Source: Schizochytrium sp. TIO01 (taxonomy: Eukaryota > Protista > Bigyra: Labyrinthulomycetes). Taken from it: 64,000 nucleotides of DNA. The notes under the pieces are model-generated. The model saw nothing but the letters and a program-made list of their open reading frames with translations, did no database searches and was not told the DNA's origin. Of this stretch, positions 34,481 through 45,518 are shown piece by piece. Position 1 is the first letter of the stretch, and each line of letters begins with the position of its first letter. The stretch covers positions 2,394,436-2,458,435 of the forward strand of contig SMSO01000031.1 of assembly GCA_004764695.1 (NCBI GenBank), written 5' to 3'. The position numbers and the translations under genes are program-made.

Positions 34481-35815
34481 ATCGCCAAAAATTAAACGGA
34501 TAGATAACTACCTTAAAAGCACTATTAGTGGAGCGTGCCGACACGCGCCGATTAAGGGTCATCTTCTCCGAGTCTCATCTCGTCGCCGTGTCAGTCCATC
34601 ATTACCAAGAGGACGCGGCGAGCGAGGACCTGCGAGCGGTCCATGCCTCTTCACTCACACCAAGGGGTTCTTTCTCCGCACCTAGCAGTGCATGTACCCA
34701 TGTGCGAGAACCCAGTCCTCCTGTCCAAAGAAACGAGGCCTTTAGCCAAGATTTGCGGCGCGAACGGAACCTCGCTTGGCATTCATTCGTTCATTTATTC
34801 ACTCATTCATTCATCCAAATTCATCCATTGCATTACACCCCATGAATGCCTATAATAAACGCTATGAAGCTGCTAGGGGCGCGAGATCGTGCTACAAGCT
34901 AGTAGTACCTACGAGGCACCTACAGACACATACACAAATTGCGATTTTGGCCTCGAAGCCTGACTCAGCTTTTCAAGATGCGAGGTGCCATATGCCGGGG
35001 ATCCTCGGCGCCATGCACTTCGCCCTCTCCGCCGCGGCGCCCCGTGGCGACGTGCTGCGCAGACACGTAAGCAAGCGAACAGCCTGAAGCAGGCGCAAGG
35101 GACTCAGACAGAACAAATCAATCGAGAGATAGAGAGATGGAGAGAGGTAGGTAGGAGTTATATAGGGGCTAGTAGAGAGAGATAAATGGAGAGGGGAAAA
35201 ACCCAACGACTAGAAGTGCCTAGCGTATTGGGTATCTGGTGCGTTCTAAGGGGAAATAAAGAAGATCCCTGACGAAGAAGAAACACCGCGCCGCGCCGTT
35301 CTTTACCGCTGTTCTAACGATCAGACATTTGGAACGAAGGCAGGGGGATTAAGGTGGAAAATAAGGTCGAGGTGGCTTGTTTCTAAGCGGTAAGTAGACC
35401 ATGCCGTGTGTATTGATATGGAAGAGAGTAAGGTGGATCAGAGGCAGACGGTCGATCCTGGTGACCTCTTTATTTTTCGCTTCTTTTCGCTTATTTCTTA
35501 ATTTCTTGACTTCGTAGAGCTCATTCTTGTTTGCGCCGCGCCCTCCCTGCGGAGCGCGTGAGCCGCCGCTCGCGGAAGAGGCGGAGGCGAGCCGCTGAGA
35601 GCGGCCAGCCATCCTCCTTGTGCGACTCTGGGTCCTTGCGGTTGGGAATCCAAGTCAAGCTCGCTGACTTAAGGCCATCCATTCGCGCCACGTGAGGTCA
35701 GCCGTGCGCCCAAAACCAACTCCTCACTGTGCAGCACCAGCATCGATCTTTCCCGTTGTATCATCAGACTGTGTGTTAAAATAATCTGAGCAAGGGTGTA
35801 GCAAATATCGTGAAA

Positions 35816-37012
35816 ATGCTGGCCACTAGCGGATCAGGCGACGACAATGCGGTCAACAACAATACCAACAACGAATTTAACAACATAGCCGCTAAAGGCG
35901 CAGAAAATGCCAGGGACGGCTTTAAGGATGTAGATTTGGGACGAAAAACCAGCTCTGGAGGGGCTTCAATCTCTGGAAGTGCTTCAGATAAACTCGCTTC
36001 ACTCAAGGACCAAATCAAAAGCGAATTAGCAAGCAAGACTCAGAAATCCGGACCTGATGAATGGTGGGAAGGTAATCAGGGAATGCGGAGCTTACCTACG
36101 CAAAAGCAGCCGCAAGTGCTTCGTATCTTGAAGGGACATTTTGGAAAAGTATACAGCATGCACTGGGCTGGCGATAATAGGCATCTTGTAAGTGCTTCAC
36201 AGGATGGTAAATTGATTGTCTGGAATGCAACTACCACGAACCGTGTGCAAGCAATTCCTCTGCGGAGCTCATGGGTTATGACGTGTGCTTATGAACAGAC
36301 CCAAGACCAACTGGTGGCCTGCGGAGGCCTCGACAACATATGTTCGGTATACAAGCTTAGCACAGAGGGTGGCATGAGCGTAACTCGAGCGCATCGAGAA
36401 CTTGCTGCTCATGATGGATATCTCTCGTCTTGTAGATTCGCGGGACCAGGGCAAATTATATCTGCCTCTGGAGACTCCACATGCATCCTTTGGGATGTAG
36501 AAACTGGGTCAGCCCTACATACATTTTCAGACCACGCCCAGGACGTAATGAGCGTGGCAGTTAGCCCAACCCAGTCACACATTTTTGCCTCAGGATCTAT
36601 TGATGGAACAGCTCGCATATATGATACACGTGCCAGGAGGTGCATATTTAGCTTCAATGGCCACGAAAGTGACATCAACTCTGTTTCCTTCTTTCCTGAT
36701 GGTAACGCGATTGGCACTGGATCAGATGACTCCACGTGTAAACTCTTTGACATGCGGGCATGCCGAGAGATCTCCTCATATAGTGCTGATTCTATCGTAT
36801 GCGGCATCACCACTGTTGACTTTTCTGTATCTGGAAGAATTCTGTTTGCTGGTTACGATGACTTTGCTGTCTATGGTTGGGATGTGACAAAGAAAGACCG
36901 GCCAATGATGCTCAAGCTGCATGAGAACCGTGTCGCTTGTTTGCAAGTTAATCGTGAGGGATCTGCGCTGGGCACGGGTAGCTGGGATACTCTTTTGAAG
37001 GTTTCTGGATGA
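35816..37012 (+). CDS. GPB1: Heterotrimeric G-protein beta subunit (7 WD40 repeats); extreme 3' end may be spliced
   Basis: First ATG at 35816. Diagnostic G-beta motifs: [99 protein letters not shown]. Confidence 0.96.
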   Translation: MLATSGSGDDNAVNNNTNNEFNNIAAKGAENARDGFKDVDLGRKTSSGGASISGSASDKLASLKDQIKSELASKTQKSGPDEWWEGNQGMRSLPTQKQPQVLRILKGHFGKVYSMHWAGDNRHLVSASQDGKLIVWNATTTNRVQAIPLRSSWVMTCAYEQTQDQLVACGGLDNICSVYKLSTEGGMSVTRAHRELAAHDGYLSSCRFAGPGQIISASGDSTCILWDVETGSALHTFSDHAQDVMSVAVSPTQSHIFASGSIDGTARIYDTRARRCIFSFNGHESDINSVSFFPDGNAIGTGSDDSTCKLFDMRACREISSYSADSIVCGITTVDFSVSGRILFAGYDDFAVYGWDVTKKDRPMMLKLHENRVACLQVNREGSALGTGSWDTLLKVSG

Positions 37013-37331
37013 TGATGATGATGGAGTTGAAGATAATTACCAGGCGTGCTCCTCGATTGATTTGTCACTATACATTTCTTCAAAGTGACAGATCGGTTAA
37101 ATGAAAATGACGCTTCTCGCTAACCACTCTATGTTTGTTTGGTTTAGCCCTCCCCTCCCCTCCCCATCGTCCCTTCTATACATTCTGTTCTATTTCTTTC
37201 TTCGTCCACTCTCATTACCACTCCCATATACTAGCCAAATCCCACTTTACGTACCTTTTTTTTTGCTTGCTTATCTGGCTTTGCATATGAGTAATCTCTG
37301 CGTGACACTGGGAGGCTTGTTGCCTCTTGGC

Positions 37332-37369
<38 letters not shown>

Positions 37370-38438
37370 TCATCGGATGACATTTTCTGCTCAAGTCTCT
37401 TTCGGTAGAGCATTTCTTTTCGTTTTGATAGCTTCTTCTTGGCATCCTCTAAAAGAAGAAAAGAGAAAAAACTTAAAGTCTTGCGGTCAGTAGGGAGAAC
37501 ACTAGCTCTTTTCGCAACCATGTATTTATCAGATCCTGTCAGCGCCGAACATACCTCATGAGCGCATGTGACAAGTTTTAATAAACAAGAAAGAAAACTC
37601 GTCCTTCTCAACCCACTTCTGTCCTTTCACACAAACTAATATCAACAACAAATACAAGCCCTCTTATAAAACAGATCGATCTAGCTAGTCAGGAAGCATC
37701 CATTCTTGACACCTACGTGATTCTCACCCAAGCTTATCATGCCGAGGTTTGCCTGCAAGCATACGTAAACCCCATTTTGTCATCCACATGGGAGAGAGAT
37801 GCCAAATTTGAATGACCTCTTTATTTTTCCTGTGTCTCTATAAAGTCCCTTGATTTCGTGCCTCTTCCTAACTAAAGACGAATATTATTCTTGGTATCTT
37901 CTTTGTTTGCGACTATCCCGTTTTTGTTGTTTTGCATAAATCATCTCTGGTTTTGCACATTGATGCATTTATGTTCGCTCCATTTTCCTGTTGTTGCAGG
38001 TGATTCACAATCATCTCTAATTCTACAAGTTGAAGCATCTCTGTTTTGTTCTAGTGCATCGATCCTAATTCCTCAACATCATCAATATGCTGATCTATCA
38101 TAGAAGGAAACTGTCAATGCGAAAAGACACAATTGTCTTGTTTGGTTTCATTTGTTGATTTTGGAAAGACATTTAATCTTCGTGCCTAATCATTTACTAC
38201 AAGAGATCAAATGGCCCCTGAAGAGCTCGCAGAAGGTCATCCCATCGGTTCAGTTGTAATATCTGGGAGAAAAGAGACTCACTTAATTTAAACAAAGAAA
38301 AAGATATAAAAAGAAAGAAAATACGGTTTCTGTGAATTAGGCTGTGTCATTAAAGCGGAAATCGAAAGACACAGCACATCGCGATAAAGGTTTGCTGAGT
38401 CGTTCCGTGTTTAGTTGCTAGAGATTTTACTCTTTTCG

Positions 38439-41400
38439 TTACAAGTCTTGCAACGTCAGCTTCGGAATGATGTTCATGGAGTGCAACTCCTGAAAGAGAA
38501 GCTTGCAAGCATACGGAATGCTCAATGATGTCAGGTGTGCGCCTGTGCGGCAGTTTTGACAGCGCACAGGATTGGCTAAAAAGCCACACTTTAGGCAGAC
38601 GTTAGCCTCGAAGATATCAGACGAAATCATCAAACGCTCAATGAGCAAGTTTGAAGCACCATAGCCAATTAGACAATCACGCTCCATCTCACCGAGACGC
38701 AGACCACCATCACGAGAACGACCTTCAGTAGGCTGACGGGTCAAAACGGCACGCGGACCACGAGCACGAGCGTGCATCTTATCTGCAACCATGTGTTTCA
38801 GACGCTGGTAGTACACAGGACCAAAGAAGATGTGCGCCTCCACAGTCTCTCCATTAATACCACTTGTCACAACCTCCTTACCGTGGTAAGAGTGACCATG
38901 ACGGACCAACGTTTCTTGGCAAGCCTGTACGGGGTTCTCCGCAAAGGCCGTACCATACTGACGAACACCACTCACAGCACCGGCCTTTGAGCAAATTAGC
39001 TCCATCAACTTGCCAACAGTCATACGACTAGGGAAACCGTGAGGGTTCATGATAATGTCGGGCACAATACCACTATCTGTGAAAGGCATATCGACCTGTG
39101 GAACGATGAGTCCAACAACACCCTTTTGGCCGTGACGCGAAGAGAACTTATCACCCAATTCAATCATACGGACCTCACGCGTCACAACCTTGATGATGTG
39201 AGACTCAAATTCAGAAGAAGAGATCATCACCTTGTCTACACGAGCATCGCCAGGACCCTTGTAGCAGAGCGGCGAAGGTTTGTAGTCACTCATCATGCCG
39301 TTGCCTGGTCCGCCTGCTGATACCATAAGATCGCTGGTGTTTGTAGGCATCTCGCGGTTCACAAGGACACCATTCTTGTCAACAGGGCTGCCAATTTCAA
39401 TAACACCATCCAAGCCAACACCAGTAAACTTGCCGGTGGTAGCAGGCTGCCCATTTGGCGCGCAGAACGGCGAGGGAGCAAGGCGATCCATTGTGTTGTT
39501 TGCATAAGTCTTGAGCTGGGTCGCGTACTTGCGCATTACCATACAGCGCGCGAATCCGCGCTCCATGCTCATCTTATTGATGATGATGGCATCCTCAATA
39601 TCATATCCTGAGTATGACATAACTGCCACAATAGCATTCTGGCCGGCAGGCACGCAGTCAAAGTTCACCAACTCCAACGTGCGAGAGTGCACCAAAGGCT
39701 TGTGCGGGTAGCACATGAGATAAAGCAACGTGTCGATGCGCTCTAGCTGGTTCATGCCGATCGTACCGACCGCTTGCTTACCCATAGCGCACTGATAGGT
39801 ATTACGTGGACTCTGGTTATGGTGAGGGAAAGGTACCAAGCCAACAACAATTCCCAGGATTGTGAGAGGATCAATTTCCAGGTGAGTTGCCTCACGCATA
39901 GTTGCGCCTCCGCCACCCTCGCCCTCGACATCAGAAAGGGCCACCATGGTGTTGTTCGACTCGTTTACATCAATATACTCGATAAGACCTTGTTCAAGCA
40001 ATTGGTGGAACGCCATCGTTCCCTCCCGCAACATACGCAAGTGCTTGTTACGGACCTTACCACGGTGTGTCGCCTGATCCACAAGAATCAACGGGCGACA
40101 CATGCGACCACCATCAGTAGCAATCTGCACAGTAGCCTTATCGCGATTCAGAAAGACGGACACATATTCACCAAGTCGTCCGGCGCGACGAAGCTTACGG
40201 AGCTGGTCTGCTAAAACTTCAGGTTCAGGGGTCAGACCCAGAATTTCACCGTTAAGCATAACAACGTATGCACCTTCAGAAAACACCTCCTCACCACTCA
40301 GCAATTTAATGTCTTCAACACCAAGGCGAAGTACAAGCTTACGGACAGGACCTTCCTCTTCGTCAGAGGTGACATGAGTAAGAAGGGCAAGGTTCTTAAC
40401 CAAACCACAAGACTCACCTTCGGGTGTATCAGAGGGACAGAGCATACCCCACTGGGAAGGCTGGAGAGCACGTGGACCACTGACTTTACGAGTCTTCTCG
40501 AACTGAGAGGTAATACGTGTCATGTGACCAATGGCGGACATGAAAGACAAGCGGGAGAGCTGCTGAGTAACACCAGCACGTTCCATCTTAAAACGTTTCA
40601 AGGACCAGTTACCAGTGGAAATGGCCTGTACAAAACCGTTGGTGATAATATTCTGACTCATGTGCTTCATGATGTCAAATGCGTCCGCTTGATTAGCCTT
40701 TGCCAGAACACGCTCCGCCTGGAGTTTGAGCTCAGTGTTAAAACGTTTGAACAAATCTTCAAAGAGTAACCCAAGGAGTTGACCAGCCAGTTCCAAACGT
40801 TTGTTACCGTAGTAATCTTTGTCGTCAAGCATACCAGGGTTAGCATCAGCCTGGCAACACTGGCGCACCATGTACATGAGGTAAAAGGCCTTGTCACGGA
40901 AGTCGTAGTTGTTGACAGGTACATGACCAAGGACCATGAGAGCCAGGACATCCTTTGCCTCATCAGAGCGGTTCGGTGCAGACTCGTCACGCTTGGAAGT
41001 ACGCGAGAGTTTAATGTACTGACCGATGAACTCGAGTGCCTGGTCACGTGTAAAGATTCCTGCCCGGGCTGCTTCTTCTGCGGAAGCCACCAAATACGGG
41101 CGAATCGTGCTCGTTCCGGAGATCATGTAGTTGATAAGAAGCTCTGATTCACAGTCCATTGCTTTGAGGACAATGAAGATTGGGATATCAGCATTAATCG
41201 AGTTGTGTTTAAGATAGACGCGGCTGTTCTTGATATAGACTGCCGTACGACTCTTGCGCTCGTGCGTAGAACTAGTGACGCTAGCGGTGGTTTGTTTTTT
41301 AGAATCCTGCTCAATAATGATACGGTTCTTGCTCAGCTGCTCCTGGATGAGAATGACCTTTTCAGAGCCCTTGACGATAAAGTAACCACCAGGGTCATAC

Positions 41401-42269
41401 GGGCACTCCTTGAGCTTTTCGAGCTCTGCAATCGACTTGCCACGAAGGCGGCAGCGCGCGCTCTGCAACATGACAGGGATGCGCCCAATCTGCAGCTTAC
41501 GCTTGCGAAAGACACCACGTCCACGCGTGAAGCATACGTCCACATAAATGGGCGCTGCGTAAGTAAGGTCACGAAGTCTGCACTCTTGAGGGGTGACCGT
41601 GTAGGTAATGAGATTCTGGTCGATCTCCGGCATACCCACATAAACATCCTCATACCGGAGGAAAAAGTTGTGGTTGTTGTCACTGCGGATCTCATTGTTC
41701 ATCTTTGATGCAACAATTTTCTTCATCTCCACCTCCACGAAGTGGTTGTATGAGTCAATATGCTGCTTTACAAGACCACGCACTTTGAGAAACTCAGGGA
41801 GAAGTTTCCATTTGTTCTGAGCAGGAGCTTCGTCCATTGCACGTTGTTTCTGCGTCATGAGCGAAGGTGAAGGTGTCGGTCGCAACAATGCTTCACCCAT
41901 TGGCATACTGAATCCACCTGTTTTGGACTCTTCTTCAACGCCTTGCTCACCATTAACGCCCAAGGAAGATGATGCAGCCAGACTCGCACTTGATATTTTT
42001 ACGTCTGAAGAAGACTTTGCATCAGATTCTGTTTCCATGCTAGAGTTTTCCTTCGAACTTGTTACCTCTGCGCCCAAACCCGCGTTTACGGCCTCCTTGG
42101 ACTCAATTTCCGTAGGATGAGGGTCCGCATCCACCTCCATCTTGGCATCCGAGGCCACAGGGCCAGCCTCGGCGCCGGCAGGGCGGCCCCCACGGCCGCG
42201 ACCACGGCCACGACCGCGGCCTCGGGCCGCAGGCTGCGGCTTGCGCCGGCCTCGCGAGCCGGGCAGCAT
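38439..42269 (-). CDS. POLR3B: DNA-directed RNA polymerase III second-largest subunit (RPC2/RPC128)
   Basis: 1276-aa intronless ORF. Pol III-type KWKLLPEFLKVRGLVKQHIDSYN and EKTRKVSGPRALQPSQWG. Conserved second-subunit motifs GDKFSSRHGQKG, NPHGFPSRMT, GLRLGEMERDC, a C-terminal CxxC/CxxC zinc site and PYACKLLFQEL. Confidence 0.97.
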   Translation of the reverse strand: MLPGSRGRRKPQPAARGRGRGRGRGRGGRPAGAEAGPVASDAKMEVDADPHPTEIESKEAVNAGLGAEVTSSKENSSMETESDAKSSSDVKISSASLAASSSLGVNGEQGVEEESKTGGFSMPMGEALLRPTPSPSLMTQKQRAMDEAPAQNKWKLLPEFLKVRGLVKQHIDSYNHFVEVEMKKIVASKMNNEIRSDNNHNFFLRYEDVYVGMPEIDQNLITYTVTPQECRLRDLTYAAPIYVDVCFTRGRGVFRKRKLQIGRIPVMLQSARCRLRGKSIAELEKLKECPYDPGGYFIVKGSEKVILIQEQLSKNRIIIEQDSKKQTTASVTSSTHERKSRTAVYIKNSRVYLKHNSINADIPIFIVLKAMDCESELLINYMISGTSTIRPYLVASAEEAARAGIFTRDQALEFIGQYIKLSRTSKRDESAPNRSDEAKDVLALMVLGHVPVNNYDFRDKAFYLMYMVRQCCQADANPGMLDDKDYYGNKRLELAGQLLGLLFEDLFKRFNTELKLQAERVLAKANQADAFDIMKHMSQNIITNGFVQAISTGNWSLKRFKMERAGVTQQLSRLSFMSAIGHMTRITSQFEKTRKVSGPRALQPSQWGMLCPSDTPEGESCGLVKNLALLTHVTSDEEEGPVRKLVLRLGVEDIKLLSGEEVFSEGAYVVMLNGEILGLTPEPEVLADQLRKLRRAGRLGEYVSVFLNRDKATVQIATDGGRMCRPLILVDQATHRGKVRNKHLRMLREGTMAFHQLLEQGLIEYIDVNESNNTMVALSDVEGEGGGGATMREATHLEIDPLTILGIVVGLVPFPHHNQSPRNTYQCAMGKQAVGTIGMNQLERIDTLLYLMCYPHKPLVHSRTLELVNFDCVPAGQNAIVAVMSYSGYDIEDAIIINKMSMERGFARCMVMRKYATQLKTYANNTMDRLAPSPFCAPNGQPATTGKFTGVGLDGVIEIGSPVDKNGVLVNREMPTNTSDLMVSAGGPGNGMMSDYKPSPLCYKGPGDARVDKVMISSSEFESHIIKVVTREVRMIELGDKFSSRHGQKGVVGLIVPQVDMPFTDSGIVPDIIMNPHGFPSRMTVGKLMELICSKAGAVSGVRQYGTAFAENPVQACQETLVRHGHSYHGKEVVTSGINGETVEAHIFFGPVYYQRLKHMVADKMHARARGPRAVLTRQPTEGRSRDGGLRLGEMERDCLIGYGASNLLIERLMISSDIFEANVCLKCGFLANPVRCQNCRTGAHLTSLSIPYACKLLFQELHSMNIIPKLTLQDL

Positions 42270-44390
42270 GGCGAACGGAGTTTGTTTGTTGCTTCTTATT
42301 CACTCATTTCGTTCCTATGATTCCATTCATTTCATTTCGCTCATTCGCCCACGTATATCTCACTTGTGGTGCCGTATTCTCTATTTTGAGACAACAAAAG
42401 CTTTATTAAAGAGTGATTTAACCCACTTGTGCTTTGTATAACTGACTTGCGCGGTGGTTTGTTTCACTATTCTAGTTTAATTAATAGGGCTCTTATAACA
42501 CATGAGTTGAGAGATATGGCTGATCATCTATCACTCCCTGTGATAGCGTGCATGTCGGTGGCATAGCTGCATACTGTGCTGAGAGTATGTCTCAGCACGT
42601 CTGGTAGGATGAGTTTAGATCTTCAAAGGCTAGTTCTGCTGGAGATTGAACGAGATGATGCGAGAAGTGGTAGTAGCAGCAGGATTGCTGGATGGGTGGT
42701 GGGAAGGCTTGCAACTGGATAAGAGAGGGGATACTCTATTTGGAGGGGTACACTTATAGTAGACAATAGATTCATAAAGTGAAGTATACGGAGGTCAAAT
42801 AGAGTATTCTATACAATGGCATAAGGTAGATTCGGCGAATAGGAGGGGATATTGCGTTGAAATGAGCATGAGCTTTAATTCAATACATCGATAATTTGAC
42901 GGAGGACGACGAAATGTCCTCAGCAGAATAGAAACTCCTCTATTGCTCGCTCATCGTTGCAAGTGCGATTACAATGTAAACGTGTTCCGCATCAAGCCTG
43001 CGATGATACAGAAGTAATAGTTTGATGGGTTTTTGCCGATATCATAAGGAGATTTCTGAAACCTTCTCAAGATTGCCTTAGTTTCTGTATTCTTCACATA
43101 TCAAGGGCCTTTGACAGAAGAGCTGAGGTTTGATTTGACATTTTTTTTCAAATTAAACAATTGTTTGGAAGAGTGAGAGTGGGTCTTTGATCTGTCTACG
43201 AGCTGTCGAAAAGAGGAGTGTTTGAAGAGCAACGCTATAGTCCCCCTCTATAGTTTGACGAAAGAGTCAATTCTTTTGTTTAAATGGAAAACATCTTTGA
43301 TATGTAAATTGTTATTTTTTTCACAAGTAATGAGTACTTCAACATCAAAACTCCATCAAGTTTCACAAAATAATCCGCATCATCTTGCGTTCGTTTAAAT
43401 ATGGGAATTTTATTTGTCAGGTGGCTTCTTGAGTAACACAACGCACCATTTCCTTTTTCCTTGACTTACTCGAAATAAGCTTTTCTAACAATCATTTCTA
43501 CTAATCCAAAAAATTATGTTGTGTCTTATAAACATGTAATTTGCATAAAATCTAAAAAAGGTGCCAGTTCACTGCGAAGCTCAACTGCCGTTCTAAGCAA
43601 CGTTCTTTTCAAATGCTAAAATCTGAACTCTTGCGATTGAGCTAGGCTTATCAACGCAAAGTTTGACAGCTGTATTTCTTGATGTGTACAAAATCTTCTA
43701 TAAGATGTGTTCCATTCTTACTCGTTTGTATTTTCGACAATGTAGCGTTGAACCACATTTTATCTCAAGTCTTTCAAACTTTGCTATTAATGAATAGGCT
43801 TTGAGTTAGGACCCTCGCAAGTACGATTCCCTATGCGCTGATGTTCCCTGCTCAATCTGAATATGTTGAACGTGGAAACCCATGAAAGCTGTGCATGAAT
43901 AGTCGATCGCCTTATACAAGTTTGGACAACTTTTACAAAGCTAAATTCATCAGAGACTAGGAATGTTCAACTGCTTTTAAAAAAACAGAACAAAACAAAA
44001 CTCCTAGTTTAATTGCTAATTACTGAGTACTGTGATTGCTGGTGAACCCGAAACGAGCTAGTAGACAAACAAAACACCTTTCCTTGTTGGGCGCTCCCAC
44101 CTTCGCATGAAGGATACAACAACGTTAGATTACGTCGACCCTCTTACCACACATACCGTACTTTCATTCAAGACTGAACAATCAAAACCGACGTCAAGGT
44201 TAGGTTGTTCCTCCAGCCATCTGTCAATCCTTCAACTTGAACTTCATCTGAGCCTTGCAATCCGCAGATTTCCCTCAGGCAAAGACGCCTTTGCAACCGA
44301 CTCTGTGCCCACCCGTAGAAGGGTATATCCGCATCTGTAGAATAGTAGTGTTCTCACCGACCCAATCGTTGATTAGCGATTATATTGAAA

Positions 44391-45089
44391 ATGGTCAAGT
44401 CTTCGGAGAGTGGCACACGTGGTGTGTCAAATATAGAGAGCCGCAGTTGGGATGCTGCAGAATATGAACGGCGAGCACTCGAGCGTGAAGATCGTGAACG
44501 CGGTGCTGTCGCAGCAGCTATTCGCCGCAGAATTGCTGAACACCAAGACGCCGATGACTTCTTGAATAGTCGTACCGAAGCCTTAGATTTCTTGAAGGAT
44601 GTAGGCTCACGCAGGATGATTGACCTCGAGGCTGACGGTGCTTTTACGCGCCAAGGCTACCATTGCGAGCTTTGTCAGCGCACGTTCACAGACAATAAGT
44701 CGTACATTGTGCATATCAACTCAGCCCAGCACCAAAGTAGACTTGGCAAGTCTATGGCTGTTCGTAAGGCCACGCTCAGCGAGGTACGCCAGCGCATTCG
44801 TCAGCGTATCGAAGCAAAATATGCTAAACGCAACCGTCTTCAGGCAGCGACAACTTATGATTTTGAAGCACGCGTGCATGATCTTGAGCGAATTGAACAG
44901 CAGCAAATTGAGGCGCGGGCTGCTCGCAAGAAGCAACGTAAGGAAGAGCATAAACGAATTAAGGAGGCTGCTCGCAAAGCTGCTGATGATGCTACAAAGA
45001 AGGATGCCCCTATCTCTGACGATTCTGAGGAACAAGAAATGATGGCAGTACTTGGGTTCTCAGGTTTTGGCTCTTCAAAACAATCGTGA
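44391..45089 (+). CDS. ZMAT2: Zinc finger matrin-type protein 2 / Snu23 (U4/U6.U5 tri-snRNP, B-complex splicing factor)
   Basis: First ATG at 44391. RSWDAAEYERRA N-terminal motif, U1-type finger GYHCELC....DNKSYIVHINSAQHQSRLG, ATLSEVRQR, and C-terminal MMAVLGFSGFGSSK. Confidence 0.92.
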   Translation: MVKSSESGTRGVSNIESRSWDAAEYERRALEREDRERGAVAAAIRRRIAEHQDADDFLNSRTEALDFLKDVGSRRMIDLEADGAFTRQGYHCELCQRTFTDNKSYIVHINSAQHQSRLGKSMAVRKATLSEVRQRIRQRIEAKYAKRNRLQAATTYDFEARVHDLERIEQQQIEARAARKKQRKEEHKRIKEAARKAADDATKKDAPISDDSEEQEMMAVLGFSGFGSSKQS

Positions 45090-45518
45090 AGGTGCCCAGG
45101 CGGTGCATTCCTCCATGTAACCTGTTTTTCAAATCATAGGTCTTCTAGGCAAGCCATAGCTTCTACCATGACGAGGCGAATGATCACAATTTAACAAGGA
45201 CTGTGTGTCTTGATATTTAATATTTGTTTATGAAAGGAGTATTTTATTATGCTGACTACACTAGAATGATTGAAGGAAGGACCGATTAAATTACCAAATC
45301 GAGTTCATTTCCTTCGGTTATAATTCATACTTTATTTTTTTGTATCTGTATTTTTTGCACATTTCTCTTGCAAGCTGTCTTTACGTTGAGAACAATCTGT
45401 TATGACCATTGTAGGTTTGATTCTTTCTGCAGTCCGTTTCTTTACAATACTATAAAAATATCCGACTCTACACATGACTTTCCATATGTTCTCAAAAGTT
45501 CTCCTAGGACTTCTCCTT

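Noticed and set aside
38439-42269. Possibility that the polymerase subunit is RPB2, RPA2 or viral
   Set aside because: The N-terminal KWKLLPEFLKVRGLVKQHIDS and EKTRKVSGPRALQPSQWG motifs are Pol III-type, and the gene sits among ordinary host genes.
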